Assembly: GCA_965116865.1 (NCBI GenBank) | Contig: OZ220727.1 | Span: forward strand, 173,333-237,332 | Source: Acidimicrobiales bacterium | GTDB lineage: Bacteria > Actinomycetota > Acidimicrobiia > Acidimicrobiales > Aldehydirespiratoraceae | Reading direction: 5' to 3' | Length of the DNA stretch: 64,000 nucleotides | Shown here: piece after piece, positions 36,377-44,734 of the stretch | Position numbering within the stretch: the first letter of the stretch is position 1 | How the letters are laid out: every line of letters begins with the position of its first letter | Translations under genes and position numbers: made by a program | The notes under the pieces: model-generated | What the model saw: the letters and a program-made list of their open reading frames with translations, nothing else | Database searches by the model: none | Told to the model about the DNA's origin: nothing

Positions 36377-36609
36377 CGGGGCCCTCCTGGATCAGTGTTG
36401 TGACAATCACCGATCCCAGCAGGGCCCCGACCCCTACTCAGGGACCCTCAACCACCCCGCCTCCCCACGTTCTCGCGAAGGCTCCGTAAGCTCCTGCGGA
36501 TGCTGGCCGTGCGCTGGCCCAATCACTCTCGCAGGGTACTGCCAGCCTGCGACGGGACAGGAACGTTCCAGTTGCGGTTGGAGTCTCCCGGCACTGGTCT
36601 CCGAGTAGA

Positions 36610-37443
36610 TCACTGATCCTTCTCTTGTAGCTGCATGTACTCAGTCCGGCTGGGAAGCCGGTGCGTAGCTATTTCCCTTACGGCCTGACGGAACTCTGGC
36701 CAACTATGGAGCACACCACAGGCGACTTGGGGAACGGCGGGCGTCGTACTGGGGAACAGTGCAAGCGATCCGCCAGTCTCATCGTCGTAGGGAGGGTTGA
36801 CGGTGGCTACCAGTGCCACATTCGAGTAGCGGAGCACGGCAACCTCACCGGCCTTGCCCTCCGCTATCTCTATTTCCGCGAACCACTTGCGACATTCTTC
36901 CTTTTCGAGCACGAATTCCTGGGGCAGGTGTCCCGTGGGCAGGCTGATTGAAAGGAGCGGAGCGATCCTCCCTGACGGTCGCCCCACCACTTCGACCCTT
37001 GCGTACTGGTCGTCTTCGGTTTCACCGGGGGCTTTGGCGTGCAGGTACGGGCGGGAGAGCCGAGTTGCGAGGGCGTCTCGTTGCGTCTCCAACGCTTGGC
37101 GCGCTTCCTCAGCGCTTCGACGCGCATCCTCGGCATCGTCCAACCTCTTCAACAAGCCACTGACCCCTTCAGGCACGCGGCGAGCGAACCAAGCAAGGAA
37201 CGCAGTGGCGACGGCTGTCAACGAGATTGCGACCAGAGCTAGCCACCCACGTAACGCACCGGAGGTGCCGACACTGGTTGTCGGCTCCGGGGTGGCCTCC
37301 CATGCGATGGCCTGCCAAACCCCAACGGCTACAGCAGCGACGATCACGAGCGCTGCGATCACCGCAACCACAGCCTTGACGCCGCCCCGTCCCAGTTTCT
37401 TTGGCTTGTCCTCATGGTCAGCGGACACGGCTACCTCTTCCAC
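36610..37443 (-). CDS. hypothetical two-TM / coiled-coil protein (downstream partner of DUF4238)
   Basis: 277 aa. TM helices VKAVVAVIAALVIVAAVAVGVW and WLALVAISLTAVATAFLAWF, then a charged helix DDAEDARRSAEEARQALETQRDALA. The start overlaps the upstream gene by 13 nt. Confidence 0.65.
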   Translation of the reverse strand: MEEVAVSADHEDKPKKLGRGGVKAVVAVIAALVIVAAVAVGVWQAIAWEATPEPTTSVGTSGALRGWLALVAISLTAVATAFLAWFARRVPEGVSGLLKRLDDAEDARRSAEEARQALETQRDALATRLSRPYLHAKAPGETEDDQYARVEVVGRPSGRIAPLLSISLPTGHLPQEFVLEKEECRKWFAEIEIAEGKAGEVAVLRYSNVALVATVNPPYDDETGGSLALFPSTTPAVPQVACGVLHSWPEFRQAVREIATHRLPSRTEYMQLQEKDQ

Positions 37444-38414
37444 ATCTCGTAGGGGTCTACCTCGATCAGCGGGTACTTGCTCACAGGCGGGGGTGTGGGG
37501 CGTGCGTGCTGCTGGACGAACTCTCGCTCTCTTGCCGTGTCATCTTGCGGGAGCACCACACGAAACTGTGCTCTCCAGCACTGTTGAGCGTTGAACTGCC
37601 TCACCACCTGGGACGCCAAGGGGCGCACGCCCGAGCAACTGAGCACCCGAGGCCCCGCCACGGCCATCACCCGAGGCGTCAACGGCATCCAGCAATGCCA
37701 CTCGTTGCCATCGAGGTGAACGCCGCGAGCTGTGTTCCTGACTCGCCCGAACAGCGCTGTGCTCTCCTTTCTCAGGCGACCCGTGGGAGACAGGAACGCC
37801 GGGCCGTCTCCCAGCAGAAAGCCTCCGCTCCGCTTGGGACGGTGCAGCCTCAGTCCGCATCCCCGCAACAGTGCGCGGTACCGATCCAAATACTCCGGCA
37901 ACGTCTCGGCAATCCTCTGCCGCTGCTGTGACACCAGTCCGCCATCAGCGTTGCGTATCGCAGCGTCGGCCATTCGGAGAGCCTCCTCATGCGACATGCC
38001 GGTTTCTTCAAGCCTTCGATTCCATTCCTCGTCCGATTGCGCCTCCTGTAGGGCCTCCGCTGCGCCCTGCGCGATCAGACCGAGCTGGCCAGACAGCATC
38101 TCGCTGCTTCTGAGCAGGTGCAACGCCATGAGATCAAGCACCGCCTGCCGCCGCTCGGGATCAGCACCGAGGGGGGAACAGTCGCCTTCCAGAGCGTCAG
38201 CGGCCTGGCTCTCGATGAAGCTCCAGTCGGTTTCGAGCGCTTGCGCAAACTCGACGGGAACGATCCCTCTACCTTCGTCATCGGAGACGGCGTACATGAT
38301 GCTGCCGGGTAGCTCGCGTCTGGTATCCCAGCGTCGAAGGTCGAACACTTCGACCCTGCCGTCGTCACCGGCCCAGTTCTTGATGATGAACTGCGACACG
38401 AGATGCTGGTCCAC
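37431..38414 (-). CDS. DUF4238-family protein
   Basis: 327 aa, GTG start. N-terminus QHLVSQFIIKNWA matches the DUF4238 H-x-[VI]-[PS]-[QK]-F-[YI]-L-[KR]-x-[FW] signature. Confidence 0.65.
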   Translation of the reverse strand: MDQHLVSQFIIKNWAGDDGRVEVFDLRRWDTRRELPGSIMYAVSDDEGRGIVPVEFAQALETDWSFIESQAADALEGDCSPLGADPERRQAVLDLMALHLLRSSEMLSGQLGLIAQGAAEALQEAQSDEEWNRRLEETGMSHEEALRMADAAIRNADGGLVSQQRQRIAETLPEYLDRYRALLRGCGLRLHRPKRSGGFLLGDGPAFLSPTGRLRKESTALFGRVRNTARGVHLDGNEWHCWMPLTPRVMAVAGPRVLSCSGVRPLASQVVRQFNAQQCWRAQFRVVLPQDDTAREREFVQQHARPTPPPVSKYPLIEVDPYEMWKR

Positions 38415-38423
38415 GCCAGCAGG

Positions 38424-38530
38424 CTAGGAGAGTGTTGATTATGTCCCAAAATCGCGATATCGCTGTCACAAAACCGCAGGTCAGAAGGTTGTGTACTGCG
38501 CGAAATCGGCATTACTCAACAGTCTCCTAG
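38424..38530. mobile_element. 107-bp MITE-like element, copy A, with 15-bp TIRs bounded by CTAG
   Basis: CTAGGAGAGTGTTGA...TCAACAGTCTCCTAG. A near-identical copy lies at 60490-60596. Confidence 0.75.
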
Positions 38531-38615
38531 GAGGCTGGTGTTTTTCTCGGGTGGGGTTGGGTGTGTGTGGTAGAGTTGCAGGGATGTTGTTCGGTCTCGT
38601 GGGGAGGTTCGTGTC

Positions 38616-40373
38616 GTGACGGTGGGTGTGGAGCCGTGTCGGGTGGATCTGTTCAAGGGTTCGCATTTCGTGGGGGAGCGGCTGGCGGCGGATTCGATTT
38701 TTTCGGTGTTGGCGCGTGAGGGGCGGCGGTTGTTTCCCGACGGGATGTTCGATGATCTCTTTAGTTCGCGGGGGCGGCGCAGTGTGCCGCCGCGGGTGGT
38801 TGCTGTGGTGATGGTGCTGCAGCGCTGGTTCGGGTTGTCTGAGTGTGAGGCGGTGGCCGCGTTCGAGTTCGACGCGCGTTGGCGTTATGCGTGCGGGTGC
38901 CTCGACGTGGACGGCGGCGGGTTCGACCACACGGTGCTGGTGGGGATGCGGGCGCGGCTCGCGGCGTCGCAGCGGCCGCGGCGGATCTTCGAAGCGGTGC
39001 TGGGCGCGGCCCGCGAGGCGGGGGCGTTGTCTCGGCGGCGGGTGCTGGACTCGGTGCCGGTCTATGACGCGGTCGCGACCCAAGACACTGTCACGATGCT
39101 GCACCGCGCCATCGGCGCGGTGCTCGCAGCCGGCGGGGGCGACGCCGGCGCGGGCTTGCGTGGCGACTATCGGCGCGGCAGCAGGCCGGTGTGCGACTGG
39201 GACGACCCCGGCGAGCGCTCGGAGTTGGTGGACGCGCTGGGCGCGGACGCCGCGGCGGTGCTCGCCGGGTTGGAGGGCCGCGAGCTCAGCGGGGCTCTCA
39301 GCGAGGCTGCGGAGTTGTTGGCCGCGGTCTGCGGGCAGGACCTCTGCGAGGACCCCGACGGACGGTTCATGATCGCTCGGCGCGTCGCCGCGGACCGGGT
39401 CATCTCCACGGTGGACCCCGACGCCCGCCACGGCCACAAATCCACCGCACGGCGCTTCGACGGCTACAAGGGCCACGCCGCGGTGGACCCCGACTCCGAA
39501 CTCGTCACCGACACCGCGGTCACCCCCGCCAACACCGCCGACGCCCAACCCGCCCCCCAACTCATACACGACCTCCTCAACACCGCCGACACCGACACCA
39601 ACACCGCCGACACCAACACCAACACCGCCGACACCGACACCGCCGACACCGACACCGCCGACACCGCCGACACCGACACCGCCGACACCGCCGACACCGC
39701 CGACACCGCCGACACCGCCGACACCGACACCGCCGACACCGACACCGACACCGCCGACACCGCCGACACCGACACCGCCGACGTCGGCGGTGTGGTCGAG
39801 GAGTTCGAGGGCCGGCCGACGGTCTATGGCGACAGCGCGTACGGCAGCGGAGAGTTCCAAGGGCTGCTCGAGCGCAGCCGCATAAACTCGAGGTGCCGCA
39901 CCCAGCCGGCGCGCGCTCCGGGGGGCCGCTTCGCCAAGGACCGCTTCGACGTCGATCTGCCCAACGGCACAGTCACCTGCCCCGCGGGGGTCTGCGTCGC
40001 TGTCCGCTTCGGCCGCGACGGCTCGGGCGCGGCCCGCTTCGGGCCGGCGTGCGCGAGCTGCGAACTGCGCGACCGCTGCACCAGCGCAGCCGGCGGAAGG
40101 ACTGTGCGCGTCGGACCCGACGAGGCCGTGCTCGCCGCGGCCCGCGAACGCCAACAAGACCCACAATGGCGCCGCGACTACCGCGCCGTGCGCCCCAAAG
40201 TCGAACGCAAGCTCGCGCACCTCGTGCGCCGCAAACACGGCGGCCGCCACGCCCGGGTGCGCGGCCGGCCCAAAGTCGACGCCGACTTCAACCTGCTCGC
40301 CGCAGCCGCCAACATCGCGCGCCTCGGCATACTCGGACTGCGCTCCACACCAACAGGATGGACCCTCGACTGA
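38616..40373 (+). CDS. IS1182-like transposase with an internal T-A-D repeat
   Basis: 585 aa. N-terminal DUF772-like region (RRSVPPRVVAVVMVLQRWFGLSECEAVAAFEFDARWRYACG), DDE region, C-terminus ...ANIARLGILGL. Confidence 0.85.
   Translation: MTVGVEPCRVDLFKGSHFVGERLAADSIFSVLAREGRRLFPDGMFDDLFSSRGRRSVPPRVVAVVMVLQRWFGLSECEAVAAFEFDARWRYACGCLDVDGGGFDHTVLVGMRARLAASQRPRRIFEAVLGAAREAGALSRRRVLDSVPVYDAVATQDTVTMLHRAIGAVLAAGGGDAGAGLRGDYRRGSRPVCDWDDPGERSELVDALGADAAAVLAGLEGRELSGALSEAAELLAAVCGQDLCEDPDGRFMIARRVAADRVISTVDPDARHGHKSTARRFDGYKGHAAVDPDSELVTDTAVTPANTADAQPAPQLIHDLLNTADTDTNTADTNTNTADTDTADTDTADTADTDTADTADTADTADTADTDTADTDTDTADTADTDTADVGGVVEEFEGRPTVYGDSAYGSGEFQGLLERSRINSRCRTQPARAPGGRFAKDRFDVDLPNGTVTCPAGVCVAVRFGRDGSGAARFGPACASCELRDRCTSAAGGRTVRVGPDEAVLAAARERQQDPQWRRDYRAVRPKVERKLAHLVRRKHGGRHARVRGRPKVDADFNLLAAAANIARLGILGLRSTPTGWTLD
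39581..39782 (+). repeat. ACCGCCGAC/ACCGAC microsatellite, in frame in the IS1182-like transposase
   Basis: Encodes TADTDTNTADTNTNTADTDTADTDTADTADTDTADTADTADTADTADTDTADTDTDTADTADTDTAD. Confidence 0.9.
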
Positions 40374-40507
40374 CCCCGCCAAAGCCCCAACCCGCCCCCG
40401 ACACGACCAACCAGCCGCCCCCGACACGACCAACCCTCGCCCAACCCGCCGACCCCGGCCACCACCCACCACAACAGCCCACCGAACACCAATTTGGCAC
40501 CAGCCAC

Positions 40508-41608
40508 CTAGTGTCCTGAGTCAGGAATTCGTTGGAGATATGTTGCCGGGTTGTGGAGTGTCTCGTCGGTGCTCTTGTGCCATGTGAACGGGCGGGGGTT
40601 GTGGTTCCGGTGGTCGATCCGGTGCTGGATGGAGCCGGTGGGCTCTTTGGTGCTGGTGTGGGTGCCGCGGCGGATCCGTTTGGTGGTGGGCTCGGCGAAC
40701 CAGCGCTCGACGGGGTTCGTCCACGAGCTGTGGGTGGGGGTGAGGTGGAAGCTGAAGCGGGGGTGGCGCAGCAGCCGGCGCTGTATGGCGGGGGTCTTGT
40801 GGGTGGAGGAGTTGTCCAGCACGACGTGCGCCTTGGGGCCCTCGGGGGCTTCGCTGTCGATGAGGTCCAGGAACTTGCGGGACTCGATGGCGCGGCGGCG
40901 CGCGGTCATCGAGGAGGTGGCTTTGCCCGAGGCGGCGTCGAGCGCCGCGTGGAGGTTGGTGGTGCCGAAGCGGCGGTAGTCGTGGGTTCGGCGCTGGGGC
41001 GCACCCGGCATCAAGGCAAGCACCGGCGCGGCGCGGTCGAGAGCCTGGATCCGGGTCTTGTCGTCCGCGCAGAGCACCACCGCTGCCTCCGGCGGGTTCA
41101 AGTACAGCCCGGCGACGTCGCGCGCCTTGTCGATGAACTGGGGGTCCGGCGACACCTTGAACTCCTCCACGCCATGGGGCCTGAGCCCGAAGGCCCGCCA
41201 CATCCTCGAGATCGTCGACTGCGACAGCGCCACCTGCGCGGCCATCGAGCGCGTCGACCAGTGCGTCGCGCCCTCAGGAGCCGACTCCAGCGTCTTGACG
41301 ATCACCTCCTGCGCCTTGTCGTCGCTCACCGTGCGCGGCGCGCCCGGACGCGGCTCGTCGCAGAGCCCGTCCAACCCGCGCCCCGCGAACCGGCGCCGCC
41401 ACTTCGACACCGTCGCCTCGCTGCACCCCAGCGACGCCGCGATCGACTTGTTCGTCTCCCCCGCGGCCGCGCCCAGCACTATCCGGCACCGCAGCGCCAG
41501 AGCCTGCGACGACTTCGGGCGCCGCGCCCACCGCTCCAGCGTCTCGCGCTGCTCATCGGCGAGCACCACCTTCACCCCACGACGGCCTCTAGCCACCACT
41601 GCCTCCAA
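40508..41608 (-). CDS. IS630-family transposase
   Basis: 366 aa. The ORF runs through the TIR, and its TAG stop is formed by the duplicated TA plus the flanking C (40508-40510). Confidence 0.85.
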   Translation of the reverse strand: MEAVVARGRRGVKVVLADEQRETLERWARRPKSSQALALRCRIVLGAAAGETNKSIAASLGCSEATVSKWRRRFAGRGLDGLCDEPRPGAPRTVSDDKAQEVIVKTLESAPEGATHWSTRSMAAQVALSQSTISRMWRAFGLRPHGVEEFKVSPDPQFIDKARDVAGLYLNPPEAAVVLCADDKTRIQALDRAAPVLALMPGAPQRRTHDYRRFGTTNLHAALDAASGKATSSMTARRRAIESRKFLDLIDSEAPEGPKAHVVLDNSSTHKTPAIQRRLLRHPRFSFHLTPTHSSWTNPVERWFAEPTTKRIRRGTHTSTKEPTGSIQHRIDHRNHNPRPFTWHKSTDETLHNPATYLQRIPDSGH

Positions 41609-41673
41609 TCACCGCCCGCATCCACACCAACCATACCACAACCAACCCCAATAACTAAAGACTCAGGACACTA
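40509..41673 (-). mobile_element. IS630-family IS, copy 2, inserted in the CTAG at the IS1182-like right end
   Basis: Perfect 12-bp TIR GTGTCCTGAGTC at 40511-40522, with its reverse complement at 41660-41671. TA at 40509-40510 and 41672-41673. Confidence 0.85.
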
Positions 41674-41695
41674 GGTGCCTCTCATCTCATGGGAT

Positions 41696-42992
41696 GAGCC
41701 TTCGCGGATTCGTGGGGAGCGGGGTGGTTGAGGGTCCCTGAGTAGGGGTCGGGGCCCTGCTGGGATCGGTGATTGTCACAACACTGATCCAGGAGGGCCT
41801 CGATGGCTTCTGATGTTATGCGGGTGCGGCTGTACCTGCGTGAGACACGCGTGCTGAGAGTGCAGGTCGACACGCCGAGCGAGCTGCGCGTGGAGGTCGA
41901 GTCGACGGTGAGGCGGCCGCGGTGCCCGGCGTGCGGGTTCCGTTGCGCACGGGTGCATGACACCCGCCGACGCGACATTCGCGACCTTGCGGTGTCGGGG
42001 CGCCGCATGACGCTGGTGTGGCGCCGGCGACGGTTCTGCTGCGGGGGCTGTGAGCACCGCTGGCTCGAGGACCACCCCGAGTTCGACGGTCGTCTGGCAC
42101 GGTGTCTGGCCCGGCGGCTGGTCAGCGACGCCGAGGTGATGACGGTGGCGGCGGTGGCGCGCCGCCACGCGCTGGGGTGGCATCTGGTGATGGCGCTGGT
42201 GAGGGCCTGGTCGGGGCTCGTCGCGGAGCATCGCCGCACCCGGCGCTGGCGGGTGCTGTTGGTCGATGAGACCTCGATGCGCAAGCGCCACCGCTATGTG
42301 ACGGTGATCGTCAACGGCGACACCGGCCGCAAGCCACACAAGTGGCGCAGAGGAGTCAAGGTCGTCGTCACCGACGGCTCCCGCGCCTACAAGGCGTCGG
42401 TGGAGGCCTGCCTGCCGGGCGCGCGCCATGTGCTTGACCGCTTCCATGTCATCGGGTGGTTCGCGGCGGGGCTCACCGCGGTGCGCCGAGACATCCAGCG
42501 CCGCGAGCCCCACGGCGTCACCCCGGCCTTCGATCCCGAGGTGTTCGGTGCCCGGTTCTTGCTGATGCGCAGAGGCGACCAGCTCGATGACACAGACCGG
42601 GCCCGCCTCGACGCCCTCCTGGGCGCCCACCCCCGCCTCAAAGCCGGCCGGCAGGCCCTACAGGAACTCCACGGCCTCTACCTCGCAGACGACCACCACG
42701 GCGCCCTCGAAACGCTCGGGCGGTTCTGTGACCTCTACGAAACCGGACAGCTGCCCGAGTTCCACAACATCGTCGACACCATCATCGCCCGCTCCGACGA
42801 GATCTTGGCCCAACACCACACCGACCGGGCCTCCAACGCACGCATCGAGGGCGCCAACAACCTGCTGCAAGTACTGCGGCGCACCGCCCACGGCTTCACC
42901 AACCCCGCCAACTTCGAAGCCCGAGGCCTGCTGACAACGTGACCAGCCCACCAGTGCCAGCAACCCCTCATCCCACGTTTACGCGAAGGGCC
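41696..42992 (+). mobile_element. ISL3-B copy 3 (small internal in-frame deletion)
   Basis: Same IRs as copy 1. The transposase reads ...VIVNGDTGRKPHKWRRG..., lacking the ~20 aa (ALAMVEHRSSAALTAFLMQQ) present in copy 2. Confidence 0.8.
41803..42942 (+). CDS. ISL3-B transposase (deletion derivative, probably inactive)
   Basis: 379-aa ORF collinear with 35216..36376(-) apart from the deletion. Confidence 0.7.
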   Translation: MASDVMRVRLYLRETRVLRVQVDTPSELRVEVESTVRRPRCPACGFRCARVHDTRRRDIRDLAVSGRRMTLVWRRRRFCCGGCEHRWLEDHPEFDGRLARCLARRLVSDAEVMTVAAVARRHALGWHLVMALVRAWSGLVAEHRRTRRWRVLLVDETSMRKRHRYVTVIVNGDTGRKPHKWRRGVKVVVTDGSRAYKASVEACLPGARHVLDRFHVIGWFAAGLTAVRRDIQRREPHGVTPAFDPEVFGARFLLMRRGDQLDDTDRARLDALLGAHPRLKAGRQALQELHGLYLADDHHGALETLGRFCDLYETGQLPEFHNIVDTIIARSDEILAQHHTDRASNARIEGANNLLQVLRRTAHGFTNPANFEARGLLTT

Positions 42993-43089
42993 AAGAACAG
43001 AGGGACGCGCCGACGCTGCCCGCAACCCGAAGTGTCCCCCTCTGGTCCTCGCCCAGGTCGCCCTGGATTCGCATTCCTATCCCCGCCGG

Positions 43090-43383
43090 GTGGCTGCCGC
43101 TATCCCGAACACCCCCCAAGATGCCCTCGCCGCTCTCGCAGAGGACGATGTGGAGGGCTGTCGCCAGGCCGTGGCCGGCAACCCCGCCGCATCTGAGACG
43201 CTGCTGACACGACTGTCTGAGGAGCCGGACCCTGAGGTGCGCGTCGGCGTGATCGACAACCCAAACGTGCCAGCCGAGATCCTGGAGCGCCTCCGGGACG
43301 ACGACCGTCCAGAGATCCGGGCGCGGGCGCGTCGGCGGCTCGCGATCTTGGCACACAAGGCGCAGCAACGGCAGGTCGGCTAG
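43090..43383 (+). CDS. HEAT/leucine-rich-repeat-variant fragment, probably 5'-truncated by the IS
   Basis: Repeats of the type NPAASETLLTRLSEEPDPEVRVGVIDNPNVPAEILERLRDDDRPEIR. Begins about 100 bp after the ISL3-B end. Confidence 0.4.
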   Translation: MAAAIPNTPQDALAALAEDDVEGCRQAVAGNPAASETLLTRLSEEPDPEVRVGVIDNPNVPAEILERLRDDDRPEIRARARRRLAILAHKAQQRQVG

Positions 43384-44723
43384 TCGAGTGTTTTGATGGC
43401 AGCCACCGCATCTGCGAACGATGCCGGCTTACGGCCCCACACCAGGTCGAGTATGTTGTCGTAGGCCGCCTCGAGAGCGCCGTACTGCGGTGTGCCGGGC
43501 TGAAAAGCCGGGCTGGTCGAGAACCCTTCGTCAGGCCGGGGGTGAGGCTCTTTGGTGGCGCCTTTGGCCTGGATGTGGCGGGCCAGGATCGGTAACGCGG
43601 AGCGAGTCTCCGCGGCGTGGACCGGCGACTCAGCGATGCTCCACAGGTCGTAGATGTCACGGCCGCGTTTCTGCAGCTGTTCGAGGGCGTCATCGTCTGG
43701 TTTGGCCATGGCTCGCTTGTGCAGGGCGAAGAACTTGTTGGCGGCGGTGAACGGCACGCATAGCACAGGGACATCGAAGGCAGCGAGTTCCGGGTAGGCG
43801 GCGACTGTGGCCGGGTCGGCGGCGCGTCCCATCAACGACTGGCAAGACGCGACACGGGCGACAGCGAATGGCCGGTGGCATGCGGTGTCGAGTTCGGTCT
43901 GGAGGTCTTCGTCGAAGGGTCGGATGATGCTCGACTCAGCGACGAGATAGTCGGGGGTGTCGCCGACGGTGATGACCCGGCGGCCGACGTCGCCGCCGGT
44001 GGTGCGGGTGTTGTGGGCAGTGTCGGGTAGGTCCGGTGAGCATGCTCTCGCGGTGTCGGTGACAGCGAGCCGACGGATACGGCTCAGCGCGTTCTTGGCC
44101 TCGGGCTCGGCTGTGAGTGCTATGGAGAGGTCGATGTCCTCAGAGATGCGGTCCGCCAGTTGGTAGGCGTTGGTGAGAGACGATCCGCCGGTGAACACCA
44201 GCGCACCGACGGGGTTGGAGACGGGCCGGTGCTTGTGGTCGTCGTAGCGATCCTCGAACTGTGCGCCGGGCGGGTGCTGAGCGAACAGCACTCGTAGCGT
44301 GCGGCACATGTGGTAGTCACGAACGATGCTGTCCTCGTCGACCGCGAACCGGTCGAATGCTGCGTTGAGCACACCCCCGAAATCGGCGACGTTGTCGCAT
44401 AGACGGCCACCTGTGCGGGCGGCCACGCCCGGCCAGAGAGCCCCTGGACCGGTGCCGGCAGCTGACCCGCCGCGAGGGTTGCTGGTCATGGCCGTCATGA
44501 GGCCCAGAGACCCGGAAGAAGCGGCTGGCCGCAAAGATGCGGTGTTGGCGGCCGGCCGTTGCGAGGCCGAGCTAGCGGCAGCTGCAACAGGTGGATCCTC
44601 CTGTTGGCCGTGGTTGTGATGGGGGCATGACCCCTTGGGATTCTGGCAGCGGCCCCGTCGCGCCGTGTGAGCGAGACACTTCGGGCCGTCCTGCCTGCGC
44701 CGCCGAGAGCCTCGTCCGGGCAT
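43380..44723 (-). CDS. abiEii: AbiEii-family nucleotidyltransferase toxin with an N-terminal Cys/His-rich basic extension
   Basis: FTGGSSLTNAYQLADRISEDIDLSI matches the AbiEii GG..L....R.S.D.D motif. Start chosen at ATG 44723, 12 nt after the abiEi stop. The longer track ORF overlaps abiEi. Confidence 0.75.
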   Translation of the reverse strand: MPGRGSRRRRQDGPKCLAHTARRGRCQNPKGSCPHHNHGQQEDPPVAAAASSASQRPAANTASLRPAASSGSLGLMTAMTSNPRGGSAAGTGPGALWPGVAARTGGRLCDNVADFGGVLNAAFDRFAVDEDSIVRDYHMCRTLRVLFAQHPPGAQFEDRYDDHKHRPVSNPVGALVFTGGSSLTNAYQLADRISEDIDLSIALTAEPEAKNALSRIRRLAVTDTARACSPDLPDTAHNTRTTGGDVGRRVITVGDTPDYLVAESSIIRPFDEDLQTELDTACHRPFAVARVASCQSLMGRAADPATVAAYPELAAFDVPVLCVPFTAANKFFALHKRAMAKPDDDALEQLQKRGRDIYDLWSIAESPVHAAETRSALPILARHIQAKGATKEPHPRPDEGFSTSPAFQPGTPQYGALEAAYDNILDLVWGRKPASFADAVAAIKTLD

Positions 44724-44734
44724 GAGGGAATCCT

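Larger units (their letters stand above)
32371..36484 (-). mobile_element. ISL3-B copy 2, interrupted by a nested IS3 that is itself interrupted by an IS5
   Basis: The right-end segment 32371-32462 (rc ...GFTNPANFEARGLL... plus IR) and the main body 35219-36484 become contiguous when 32463-35218 plus one GTT is removed. Confidence 0.8.
38531..40507 (+). mobile_element. IS1182-like (IS5 superfamily) IS, full copy, flanked by CTAG
   Basis: Ends GAGGCTGGTG... and rc GTGGCTGGTG.... CTAG at 38527-38530 and 40508-40511. 1977 bp. Confidence 0.75.

Noticed and set aside
38481-40472. 663-aa minus-strand ORF opposite the IS1182-like transposase (also 39191..40519, plus)
   Set aside because: The 38616..40373 frame has the conserved transposase regions. 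The others are low-complexity shadow frames dominated by the microsatellite.
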